Assembly (NCBI RefSeq): GCF_009914755.1
Contig: NC_060934.1
Strand: one strand, 5' to 3'
Source: the human T2T-CHM13v2.0 reference genome, Homo sapiens
DNA: 64,000 nt
Position 1 is the stretch's first letter, and every line of letters begins with the position of its first letter. The position numbers and the translations under genes are program-made. Of this stretch, positions 54,070-64,000 are shown piece after piece. Under the pieces are notes generated by a model, which saw only the letters and a program-made list of their open reading frames with translations, had not been told where the DNA came from and searched no databases.

Positions 54070-55415
54070 AATTTCTCTTAAAATGGATAACACAGCACGC
54101 TGTCTGGGTTGAACAGTGGCCACTCCCTAAAGACAAGTTGTGGGTGCTTTGTGAAATAGAAAACTACTAGAAAAAGGACGTATTTCACCCAATTTGTCTC
54201 CTTTGAAATCCCCAGTATCTTTAATTTAAAAAAAAACATCTAGTACATGGTGCATGCTGACTGACTTGCAAGTGGTCGTCACTGTAATTCAACTGATGGC
54301 AACCTTACAGCTAGGGCTCCCATCCCCCACTATGCTCCCTAAAGACTGGCCACTTGTTATTATAGATTCAAAAGACTGCCTTCTTACAATTCCTTTGGCA
54401 GAGGCAGATTTAAAAAAATTTGCCTTTACCATCCTTACTCTTAATAACAATGAACATGCAACCAGATGTCAGTGGAAGGTTTTACCCCAGGGTATGTTAA
54501 ACAGCCCCACAATTTGTCAAACTTTTGTAGGCAAGGCTAACCAGACTGTTAGAGATCAATTTACAGAGTGTTACATCATCCATTATATGGCTGACATAAT
54601 ATGTGTAGTAAAAAATATAGATCAACTTATTCAATATTATTCACTTTACAAAAGACAATTACAAATGCTGGATTGTTTATAGCACCTGACAAAATTCAAA
54701 CAACCACTTCTTTTCAGTACTTGGTGATGCAAGTACAAGATAGAGCCTTTAAGCCTCAAAAGGTTCAAATTAGAAGATATTCTTTAAAAAGCTTAAATGG
54801 TTTTCAAAATTGTTAGGAGATATATAAGGATTTGACCCACCTTAGAAATTCCTACTTACAGTATGTCTAATCTTTTCTCAATATTAAGGGGAAATTCCAA
54901 CTTACATAGTAAAAGAGAACTAACACCCAAGTCCATTAAAGAGTTAAGAGTAATAGAAGAAAAAATTCAACAAACCCAAGTCAGTAAAATTCGCTCAGAC
55001 ATGCTTTTACAATTCATTGTGTTCCTTACTTCACACTCCCCAACTGGGGTTATTGTCCAAAGTGAGGATTTAGGTAAATGGTCCTTTGTGCCACATAATA
55101 CCATAAAAGCACTTATAGTATATTTAGATCAGGTGCCAATTCTAATTAGACCATCTCCTATATGAATTATTAAACTTTGTGACACTGAACCCAATAAGAT
55201 TATAGTACCAATAAATGAAAATCAGGAAAAACAGGAATTTATTAACTCAGTTGCATGACAAGTTAATTTAGCAAAATTTTTTGGATGTATTGATAATCAT
55301 TATCCTAAAAATAAAACTTTCCAGTTCTTAAAATTAACTACACAGGTTCTTCCAAAAATTATCCATGATGCCCTTTTGGAAGGAGCTGTGACTGTTTTTA
55401 CTGATGGGTCTGGTG
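54070..55415 (+). pseudogene. pol: Reverse transcriptase, connection domain and start of RNase H; disrupted
   Basis: [52 protein letters not shown] (YMDD site mutated, 54584-54595), MSNLFSILRG and TVFTDGS. Multiple frameshifts and stops. Confidence 0.95.
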
Positions 55416-55997
55416 AAGAAACAAACAAAAAAACCTACAGTCTGGTGGAGACCACATAATCTAATCACTCTATCTCAATTCACTAGCATTCAGAGAGCTG
55501 AGGTTATTCTGTTTATTTATTAAGGAAGTTTTACAGCCTTAAGTTCACTCTGGAGCCCACACTGTGTGCTCTTTTTCTTCAACTTCAGCAATTGCTAGAC
55601 CAAGGTACACATCCTATTTTTATTACACACTTTCAAGCCCACAGCTCTCTGCCTGGCCCATTGGCTTATTGCAATAATCAAGCAGAGCTTCAGGTTATGA
55701 CATCGCTGCTTGACCAAGCCACCCAATCACATCAATTTTTTCACCAAAATTGGAGAAATGTATCTAAATAATTTCAACTTACACAGAGGCCTGCTAAGCA
55801 AATTACCCTAAAATACCCAGATTACCAGCTCACAGGTACCAGCTCACATGCATCTCTCCTCTTTCAACAGGTGTTAACCCTGGAGGATTGCAACCTATTC
55901 AGTTGTGGCAAACAGATGTTAAACACATCCTTAAATTTTGGAAACTAAGATGTGTACATATATCCATTGTTACCAACACTCATCTAATTATTGCACA
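55416..55997 (+). pseudogene. pol: RNase H remainder and integrase N-terminal part, truncated
   Basis: QAHSSLPGPLAYCNNQAE, ATQSHQFFHQNWRN (HH of the HHCC motif) and GVNPGGLQPIQLWQTDVKH. The IN core stops where the A-rich tract begins. Confidence 0.85.
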
Positions 55998-56415
55998 TTA
56001 AAAATAAAAATAGAAAAAAGTAAGAAAAAGACTAGAAGAGACAAAAATTAAAGAAAGATACAAAAAGAAAGACTAAGGAAAAAATAAAGTAGGAAGAAAG
56101 GAAAGGAAATATTAAGAAAGTTAAAAGAATGTACCTTTAGTAAGGAAAGTTATGAAACAGAAATTTAAGGCATGTTGAAGATTGTGAAAGTTATGAAAAA
56201 TGTTATAAAAAGGAATTTATGCAAGGAAGATTTTAGAAGTTTTGTTTTGAGTGTCCAAGCAAGTTTTAAAATGATAATTGTAAAAAATTTTGTAGGTAAA
56301 TATATTTGCTAAAGTTAAAAAAGGTATCATCCAATTTTTCTATAAACTAAACACTAAAATAAAACACAAATTTTTCTTAAAACACTAACGAGCTCTTAAA
56401 GATAGTAAAAAGTCT
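55998..56415 (+). repeat. A-rich low-complexity stretch within the provirus
   Basis: Runs of aaaataaaaa/agaaaaag with very few C, followed by A/T-rich sequence, lying between the IN and env remnants. Confidence 0.85.
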
Positions 56416-56803
56416 ATGAACACAGGTACCACTCCTAGAATTTCCAGTACCAGCCTGAAGACTATGTGCTCATCAAAGGATGAAAAAAAGAAAAAATATT
56501 CAAGCCAGCCTAAAAAAGACCCTACAGGAACTACAGCCTCAACAACGCACCTTCCACAAGCAACACAGGCCCCAGACATTATGCTGAAGAGGCAGAACAC
56601 TAAGCTAAATAATTTACTCATTTTTAATTCTCTCACTTTGCCTACTGCTTATACCTGCTAAACTTTGTTAAGCTCATATCTTAAATCCGCCTTTATTCTG
56701 CCCAGTTATTTTAACAAACACCCTTCTAATAACGTAACTGCTTCTAATAACGTAACTGCTAGGCTAAAATAAATTAACGTACAAACAGTGGGATTCATTC
56801 AGT

Positions 56804-58570
56804 ATGGAGGCTATGATTGCGGTAATTGCTATGGTGGTAAATCTCTCTTTGGCTACAGCAGACCAAAATTATACCTATTGGGCATACGTCCCATTCCCAC
56901 CTTTAATTAGGCTTGTCACTTTGTTGGAACCCCCGGTTGTGGTTTATGTTAATGATAGTGTTTGGATGCCTAAGCCTAGAGATACTCTTGGGCCCTCTCA
57001 CCTAGAGGAGAAAGAAATGACAATAAATGTGTCCATAGGTTATCTGTTCCCCCACTCTTTACATAGTGCTGGCTATCAGTTGCCTAAAAGGCTATCAAAA
57101 ACATTGGCTATTTAAAATTCTAGGTAATAACCAAAGACAAGTATCCTATCCTTTACTTTCTGGATGGAGCCTGGATCATTCACAGATCTCAGTTCAATTG
57201 CAGCAGTTTAAGCCCAGAAAAGAGAGGTGTCAACAATCTCAACAATAGTGAAAACATTTAAAAATATTAGTTTGGGAGGATTGCATCTCTGATCACACTG
57301 AGGTACTGCAAAATCATTCCTGTGGAATCATCTTTAATTGGTCCCATAAGGGGATCTTTGCAGTTAATTTTACCAATCAAAATGATAGATGCCAAACAAA
57401 ACTAAAACAGGAACTATACTATCAAAGAGATGACACTACTTATAATAAAAAAGTGCCCATTTTCTCATAATTTGGACCAACTTTAGTATGGCCAGCCCAC
57501 ATCCAGAAGTGATTAATCCTATAATAGGCCTTGAACATCCCGAATTATGGAAGTTAATAATGGGCAAATCGCGTATTTGGGTTTGGAAAAAAAATTATCT
57601 TAAGACGAAAGGTGAGAGACTTCAGTTTGTGTATCAGTTTTCTTCCAACGGAACAGTACCCATTCAGAGTTGTGTCAAGCCTCCTTTTATGTTGATGATC
57701 AGAAATCTTAATATTCAATCTAATTCTCAAACTATTTCCTGTCAAAACTGTCAACTTTTCACCTGTATTGATTCCACGTTTGGTGTAAAAACATCTGTGT
57801 TGCTGGTGAGGGCTACAGAAGGTGTTTGGACACTAGTTTCCCTCAATAGACCTTGGGAAGCCTCTCCTTCCATTCATATCATCACAGAAATGTTAAAGGG
57901 AGTGTTTACCAGAGCAAAAAAAATTATTTTTAACCTTATAGCTGTCATTATGGGACTTAGTGCAGTCACAGCTGCTGCTGCAGCTGCTGGAATTGCTTTA
58001 CACTCGTCTGTTCAAACTACAAAATAATTGGCAAAAGAATTCCTCAACATTGTGGAATTCTCAGACCTGGATAGACCAACAATTGACAAATCAAATAAAT
58101 GATATTAGACAGACTGTTATTTGGAAGAGAGATCATATAATGAGCTTAGAACATCGATTGCACATACAATGTGATTGGATTACTTCTGATTTCTACATAA
58201 CTCCCCATTCGTATAATGCTACTGAACATCATTGGAAAAAAGTTAGACGTCATGTGGAAGAAAGAATTGAAAATTTAGCATTGGATACAGCCAAATTAAA
58301 GGAACAGGTTTTTGAAGGGTCTCAGGCTCATTGAACTCTCCTGCCTGGGACTGACATTATCGCTGGAGCTGCTGATGGACTTTCAAATGTAAACCCTCTT
58401 AAATGAATTAAGACCACTGGAGGATGAACTATTGCAATCTTTGCTTTAATGTGTATCTGTTTATACTGTTTGCTTTTAGTCTGCAAATGTGGAATACGCC
58501 TCTGGAGAAAAACCAGACACAAAGAACAAGCCTTAATAGCAATGGCGGTTTTAAAAATGAAAAAATGGGG
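56804..58570 (+). pseudogene. env: Betaretroviral env (end of signal peptide, SU, TM); disrupted
   Basis: NYTYWAYVPFPPLIR, YVNDSVWMP, EHPELWKL, QSCVKPPFML, LNRPWEASPSIH, cleavage-site remnant RAKK, fusion peptide IAVIMGL...[10 protein letters not shown], and TM NWQKNS...QCDWITSD. Split by stops and frameshifts. Confidence 0.95.
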
Positions 58571-58573
58571 GCA
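58554..58573 (+). promoter_or_regulatory. Polypurine tract
   Basis: aaaatgaaaaaatgggggca directly before the LTR TG at 58574. Confidence 0.75.
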
Positions 58574-59119
58574 TGTTGGGAAAAAGGTTTATGGGCTGCC
58601 TGTAAAACCTGGCCAAAAATATGAGACAATAAGTTGTGGAAAGACAAGAAGACTCTGAGGAGGAAAGCCTCCTATTTGCCACCCTATTTCCATGCTGTGA
58701 GTGAGACTTGCTGCCTTATGTGTAAACACTGTGTTCAAAGAGAAAGACACTCTCTTGATGTAATGGAAAGTGGACAGATTTGCAGGCTCCTAGTTAAGCC
58801 TACTCCCACTAGCTACTCTCTGATAAGCTAAAGACATGCTCTTTGAGCACAAAGGAGATGCATTTAAACTGGTACTACTATAGATCACCCCTATGACACA
58901 CTCACCATTTCACTGTTTTGCCCTGAACATCTGCTCTTATATCTAAGTGACTGTGCTAAATAAATAGTGTGGAGACCAGAACTCTGGGCCTTTTGCAACC
59001 TGCTACCATGCATTTGGCCCCCTGGCCCTCAACTTTACTCTTAACTTGTCTCTGGTCAATCCTTTGTCACCACTGGACTTTGGGTACAATACAGGTTGTG
59101 TTGAGGCTGGTCCCCAACA
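58574..59119 (+). repeat. 3' LTR (LTR14-like, 546 bp) with AATAAA at 58959-58964
   Basis: Starts tgttggg and ends cccaaca (terminal inverted repeat), contains a polyA signal, and satellite resumes at 59120 (ccagatgaaaa). Confidence 0.9.
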
Positions 59120-60920
59120 CCAGATGAAAATTAGAAAGGTGATATCTGTGAATCTGCTTTGGACTGGGTGGATTTGTGATGTGAGATGTGTTGGAAACAC
59201 CCTTTAATGAGAATCTGCCAAGGGTTATTCGGGAGCCCTTTGGGGCCTACGGGGAAAAACTGAATGTCCCCCAATAAAAATAACGAAGTTATCTGTGAAA
59301 CGGCCTTGTGATGTGTGGATTCATCTCACAGAGTTAAACCTTTCTTTTGATTCATCATGTTGGGAATACTCTTTTTGTAGAATCTGCAAAGGGATATTTC
59401 GCAGCCCATTGAGGCCTGGGGGGAAATCCTGAATATCCCCAGATAAAAATTAGAAAGAAGATTTCTGTGAAACTGCTTTGTGATTTGTGGATTCTTCTCA
59501 CAGAGATAAAACTTCCTTTTGATTCAGCATGTTGGAGAAACTCTTTTTCTATAATCTGTGAAGGGAAATTTGGGAGCCCTTTGAGGCCTATGGCAAAAAA
59601 GAGAATATCCACAGATAAAACAAGAAGGAAGCTATTGGTGAATCTGCTTTGTGCCGTGTGGATTCAACTTACAGAATTAAACCTTTCTTTTGATTCAGCA
59701 GGTTGGAAACACTCTTTCTGGAGAATCTGCAAAGGGACATTTGGGAGCCCATTGTGGCCTATGGGAAACACTGAATATCTCTAGATAAAAACAAGAAAGA
59801 AGAGGTCTGTGAAACTACTCTGTGATATGTGGATTCATCTCAGAGAAGTAAACCTTTCTTTTGATCCAGCAGTTTGGAAACACTCTTTCTGTAGAACTTG
59901 CAAAAGTACGTTTGGGAGCCTATAGAGGTTTAACAGAAAAACTGAATATCACCACAAAAAACTTGAAAGAACATATCTGTTAAATTTATTTGTGATGTGT
60001 GGATTAATCTCAGAGAGTTAAAACTTTATTTTTATTCACTAGGTTGCAAACATTCTTTTTGAAACATCTGAGAAGGGACATTAAGCTGCTCAAAGAGGCA
60101 TATGGGGAAAACCGAACATCCCCTGGTAAAAACTAGAAAGAAGCTATCTGTGAAACTGATTTCTGATGCGTGGATTCATCTAACAGAGTAAAATATCACT
60201 TTAGATTCAGCATGTTGGAAAAACTGTTTTTGGAGGATCTGTGAAGGAAGATTTGGGAGCCCACTCTGGCTTAAGAAAAAAAAAAAAAACAGAATATCCC
60301 CAGATTAAAACCGGAAAGAGGATTTCTGTGAAACTGCTTTGTGATGTGTGGATTGATCTCACAAAGTTAAACCTTTCCTTTGATTCAGAATGCTGGAAAC
60401 AGACTTTTTTAGAATCTGTGAAGGCACATTTGGGATCTCATTTAGGTCCATGGTGAAAAATCAAATATCCCCAGATAAAAACTAGAAAGAAGATATCTGT
60501 GAAACTGCATTGAGATGTCTGGATTCATCTCACAGGGTTAAAACATTCTTTTGATTAAGCAGTAGGAAACTCTATTTTTGTAGAATCTGTGAAGGGACAT
60601 TTAAGAGCCCATTGAGGCCTAAAGGGAATAACTGAACATCCCCAGATAAAGACTAGAAAAAAGCTATCTGTGAAACTGTGTTGTGATGTGTGGATTCATC
60701 TAAGAGTTAAATCTTTCTTTTTATTCAGCAGGTGTGAAACACTCTTTTTGGAGAATCTGCCAAAGGACATTTGAAAGCCTATTGAGGCCTAGGGGAAAAA
60801 CAGAATATTCCCAGATAAAAACTAGAAAGAAGATGTCTGTGAAACTGCTTTGTGATGTGTGGATTTATCTCACAGAATAAAATGTCACTTTTGATTAAAC
60901 AGGTTGGAAACCCTCTTTTT
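59120..60920 (+). repeat. Monomeric alpha satellite
   Basis: ~171-bp monomers; the first one is partly deleted (~59160-59190). Confidence 0.95.
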
Positions 60921-61069
60921 ATTTTTTTGGTCTTTTTTTTTCCTTTTTGTGGAGAACGGGGTCTTGCTATATTGCCCAGGCAGGTTTCAAACTCCTGGGC
61001 TCAAGCTATCCTCCCACCTCTTGCCTCCCTGCTATCTGGGATTACAGGCATGAGCCACCACACCCAGCC
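60921..61069 (-). pseudogene. BCYRN1: BC200 RNA (BCYRN1) processed pseudogene: Alu domain plus A-rich domain, no 3' unique domain
   Basis: The minus strand reads ggctgggtgtggtggctcatgcctgtaatccca...gggaggatagcttgagcccaggagtttgaaacctgcctgggcaatatagcaagaccccgttctccacaaaaaggaaaaaaaaagacc. The segments gatagcttgagccc, cctgcctgggcaatatag and ccccgttctcca.aaaaagg are BC200-diagnostic rather than generic FLAM/Alu. Confidence 0.9.
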
Positions 61070-61098
61070 AAAGTTGAAAGAGCTTGGAAGCTCGGTTG
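61070..61098 (-). other. Putative pre-tRNA 3' trailer ending in TTT
   Basis: 29 nt, caaccgagcttccaagctctttcaacttt, directly follow the tRNA discriminator base in place of CCA. The sequence ends in a T run and contains the hairpin gagct-tcca-agctc. Confidence 0.7.
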
Positions 61099-61133
61099 AG
61101 GCACCACTGGTATTCGAACCCAGGATCTCCTGT
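61099..61133 (-). pseudogene. 3' half of tRNA-Thr (AGT-type isodecoder), retroposed fragment
   Basis: The minus strand acaggagatcctgggttcgaataccagtggtgcct matches the recalled tRNA-Thr-AGT 3' half ACAGGAGATCCTGGGTTCGAATCCCAGCGGTGCCT at 33 of 35 positions, with an intact B box (ggttcgaat). The anticodon is not included, so the isotype is inferred. Confidence 0.85.
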
Positions 61134-61819
61134 AAACCCTCTTTTTGGAGAATCTGTGAAAGGACATTTTTCAGTCCATTGAGGTATACGGGAAAAAAAT
61201 ATCCCTAGATAAAAACTAGAAAGAAGCTATCTGTGAAACTGCTTTGTCATGTATGGATTCATCTTACAGAGTTAATGTTTTCTTTTGAATCAGCAGGTTG
61301 GAAACACTGTCTTTGGAGACTCTCCAAGGGATATTTAGGTGCCCATTAAGGCCAAGGGGAAAAAAATGAATATTCCCAGATGAAAACTAGAATGAAGTTA
61401 TCCATGAGACTGCTTTGTGACGTGTGGATTCATGTCACAGATTTAAATCTTTGTTTTCATTCAACAGCTTGGAAACACTTCTTTTGAAGAGTCTGTGAAG
61501 GGACATTTGGGAGCTCATGCAGACTTATGGGGAAAAACCTAGTATCCCCAGATGAAAACTAAAAAGAAGGATATATGAAACTGCTTTGTGATGTGTGGAT
61601 TACATCACACATCACAAAGAGTTAAACCTTTCCCTTGATTCAGCAGGTTGGAAACACTCTTTTTGTAAAATCTACAAAGATACATTTGGGAGTCCAGAGT
61701 GGTTTACGGGAAAAACAGAATAACCCCAGAAAAAACTAGACAGTAGTTATCCGTGAAACTTCTTTGTGATGTGTGGATTCATCTCAGAGAGTTAAACCTT
61801 TCTTTTGTTACAGTTGTTC

Positions 61820-61853
61820 TTTTTTATTTTATTTATTTATTTATTTATTTATT
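61820..61853 (+). repeat. (TTTA)n microsatellite within a monomer
   Basis: ttttttattttatttatttatttatttatttatt interrupts the cagcagg/ttggaaac part of the monomer. Confidence 0.85.
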
Positions 61854-62961
61854 GGAAACACACTTTTTGCAGAATCTGCAAAGGGACATTTAAGTGCTCA
61901 AAAAGGCCTATGGGGAAAAACAGAATATCTGGAGAAAAACTAGAAAGAAGATATCTGTGAAACTGCTTTGTGATATGTAGATTGATCTCACAGAGTTAAA
62001 TGTTTCTTCTGATTCAGCAGGTTGGAAACACTTTTTGTAGGATCTGTGAAGGTACATTTGGGAGCCCATAGAGGTTTAAGGGAAAAAAAGGATTATCCCC
62101 CCAAAAAACTAGAAAGAAGCTATCCGTGAAACTGCTTTGAGATGTGTCTATTAATCTCAGAGAGTTAAACCTTTCTTTTGACTCAGTGGGCTACCAAATA
62201 TTGGAAACACTCTTTTTGGAGCACCTATGAAGAGACATTTAAGCACTCAAAGAGGCCCATGGGGAAAAAACAAATATCCCTAGACAAAAACTAGAAAAAA
62301 TCTAACTGTGAAACTGCTTTGTGATGTATGGATTCTTCTCAAGAGCTAAATCCTTCTTTTGATTCAGCAGGTTGGAAACACTTTTTCTAGAATCTACAAA
62401 GGGAAATTTGGAAGCTCATTGAAGCTAAAAGGGAACAACTGAATAAACCCAGATAAAACTAGAAAGAAGCTATCTGTGAATCTGCTTTGTGATGTGTGGA
62501 TTTGTCTTACAGAGTTAAACCTTTCTTTTGATTCAGCAGGTTGGATTCATTCTTTTCAGAGGATCTGCAAATGGACATATTAGTGCTCAAAGGGGTCTAT
62601 GGGGAAAAATCGAATACACCCAGGTAAAAAATAAAAACTGCCTGTGAAACTGCTTTGTAATGTGTGGAGTCATCTCACAGTGTTAAATTTTTCTTCTTAT
62701 TCAGCAGGTTGGAAACACTCTTATTGCAGAATCTGCTAAGGGACATTTGTGAGCCCTTTGAGGCCAATAAAAAATGAATATCTCCAGGTAGAAACTAGAA
62801 AGAAGCTATCTGTGCCACTGCTTTATGATGTGTGAATTCATTTCAGAGAGTTAACCCTTTCTTTTGATTCAGCAGGATGGAAACACTCTTTTTGTAGAAT
62901 CTGCAAAGGTACTTTTGGGAGCCCATAGAGGTTTAAGGGAAAATCCAAATATCCCCCTGCC

Positions 62962-62985
62962 AAAAAAAAAAAAAAAAAAAAAAAA
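62962..62985 (+). repeat. Poly(A) run (24 nt)
   Basis: Expansion at the position of the monomer's native ataaaaac run. Confidence 0.85.
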
Positions 62986-64000
62986 CCGGAAAGAATGTAT
63001 CTGTGAAAGTGCTTTGTGATGTGTGGATTTATCTCAAAGAGCTAAACCGTTCTTTGATTCACCAGGTTGGAAACACTTTTTTGGAGATTCTGTGAAGGGA
63101 CATTTAAGCACAGGAAGAGGCCTGTGGGGAAGAAATAAATATCCCTAGATAAAAAGTAGAAATAAATTATCATCTGTGAAACTTCTTTGTGATGTCTAGA
63201 TTATTCTCAAAGAGTTGAATTTTTTTTTTTATTTATTTAGTAGGTTGAAAACACTTTTTTTATTTTTAGAATCTGTGAAGGAAAATTTGGAAGACCTTTG
63301 GGGACCTTTGGAGGAACCCAAAAAAACCTTAGATTAAATCTAAACATAAGCTTTCTGTGAAACTGCTTTGTGATGCATAGATTCATCACACAGAGTCAAA
63401 CCTTTCTTTTGATACACCAGGTTGGAAACACTCTTTTGGCAGAATCTGAGAAAGGATATTTTTGGGCTCATTGAGGTCTATGGGAAAGAAGTGAATATCC
63501 CCAGATAAAAACCAGAAAGAAGCTATTTGTGAAATCACTTTGTGAAATGTGGATTCATCTCAGGGAGTTCAATATTTTTTTTGTATTCAGTACGTGTGAA
63601 ACACTCTTAATGGAGAATATGTGAAAGGACATGTGGGAGTCCTGTAAGGTGTAGGGGAAAAACAAAATATCCCCAGATAAAAACTAGAAAGAAGCTGTCT
63701 GTGAAAATTCTTTGTTATGTGTGGATTCATCTAACAGAACTAAACCTCAATTTTGATTCAGCAGGTTTTACACATTCTTTTTGGAGACTGCCAATGGACA
63801 TTTGGGAGCCCATAGAAGCATATGAAGAAAAACGGAATATCTCAAGATTAAAACTAGAAAGAAACAGTCTGTGAAGCTGGTTTGTGATGTGTGGATTCAT
63901 CTTGCAGAATTAATGTTTTCTTTTGAATCAGCAAATTGGAAACACTCTCTTTGGAGAATCTGTGAAAGGACATTTGAAAGCCCATTGACACCTTTGGGGG

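Larger units (their letters stand above)
53654..59119 (+). mobile_element. 5'-truncated class II ERV, HERV-K(C4)/HML-10-like (gag fragment, no pro, pol, A-rich stretch, env, 3' LTR)
   Basis: gag, RT, RNase H, IN and env remnants in order, then a PPT and a 546-bp TG...CA LTR. Loss of pro and an A/T-rich stretch between pol and env match the recalled HML-10 structure; the LTR resembles recalled LTR14. Confidence 0.85.
61134..64000 (+). repeat. Monomeric alpha satellite with local dimer-like alternation
   Basis: ~171-bp monomers continue to the end of the window. Confidence 0.96.

Noticed and set aside
54254-58334. Potentially functional RT or Env proteins
   Set aside because: Fragmented by many stops and frameshifts; YMDD is mutated to YMAD, the furin site is altered, and there is no 5' LTR promoter.
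60921-61069. Generic FLAM or truncated Alu
   Set aside because: Diagnostic bases and the aaaaaggaaaaaaaaagac tail match BC200 better.
61099-61133. Functional tRNA gene
   Set aside because: Only the 3' half is present; there is no A box, D arm or anticodon, and it lies inside a TSD-bounded retrocopy.
60852-61208. 118-aa ORF spanning satellite and the retrocopy (and the similar 30598-30780 Alu ORF)
   Set aside because: Antisense read-through of repeat sequence, giving typical Alu-derived peptide; no coding support.
62962-62985. Poly(A) as the tail of a truncated retro-insertion
   Set aside because: No TSD or element body; it sits on the monomer's native A-run, so slippage suffices.
1-64000. 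Regularly spaced conserved motifs suggesting a CRISPR-like repeat-spacer array
   Set aside because: The whole unit is repeated, there are no unique spacers or cas genes, and the context is primate (Alu, HERV, BC200).

Overview
This is primate DNA (anthropoid, most likely catarrhine: human or ape), not microbial. About 85% of the window is old, divergent, monomeric ~171-bp alpha satellite with no CENP-B boxes seen, typical of a pericentromeric relic layer. A ~7.2-kb block (7122-14340) is inverted. Four retroelements interrupt the satellite. (1) An internally deleted betaretrovirus-like provirus on the minus strand (27096-30066; HERV-K14/HML-1-like, two LTRs, 5-bp TSD). (2) A CpG-decayed AluY-type element (30652-30952, minus). 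(3) A 5'-truncated HERV-K(C4)/HML-10-like provirus on the plus strand (53654-59119). (4) A ~213-bp chimeric retrocopy (60921-61133, minus) in which the 3' half of a pre-tRNA-Thr, still carrying its Pol III 3' trailer, is fused to the first nucleotide of BC200 RNA, all within one exact 13-bp TSD. Item 4 is the most unusual object here. Also present are mosaic (captured) segments in both proviruses, fold-back templated insertions, and relic multi-monomer duplications in the satellite. There are no intact protein-coding genes; nearly all ORF-track entries are satellite artefacts. Family names come from recalled consensus sequences and need a Dfam/RepeatMasker check.
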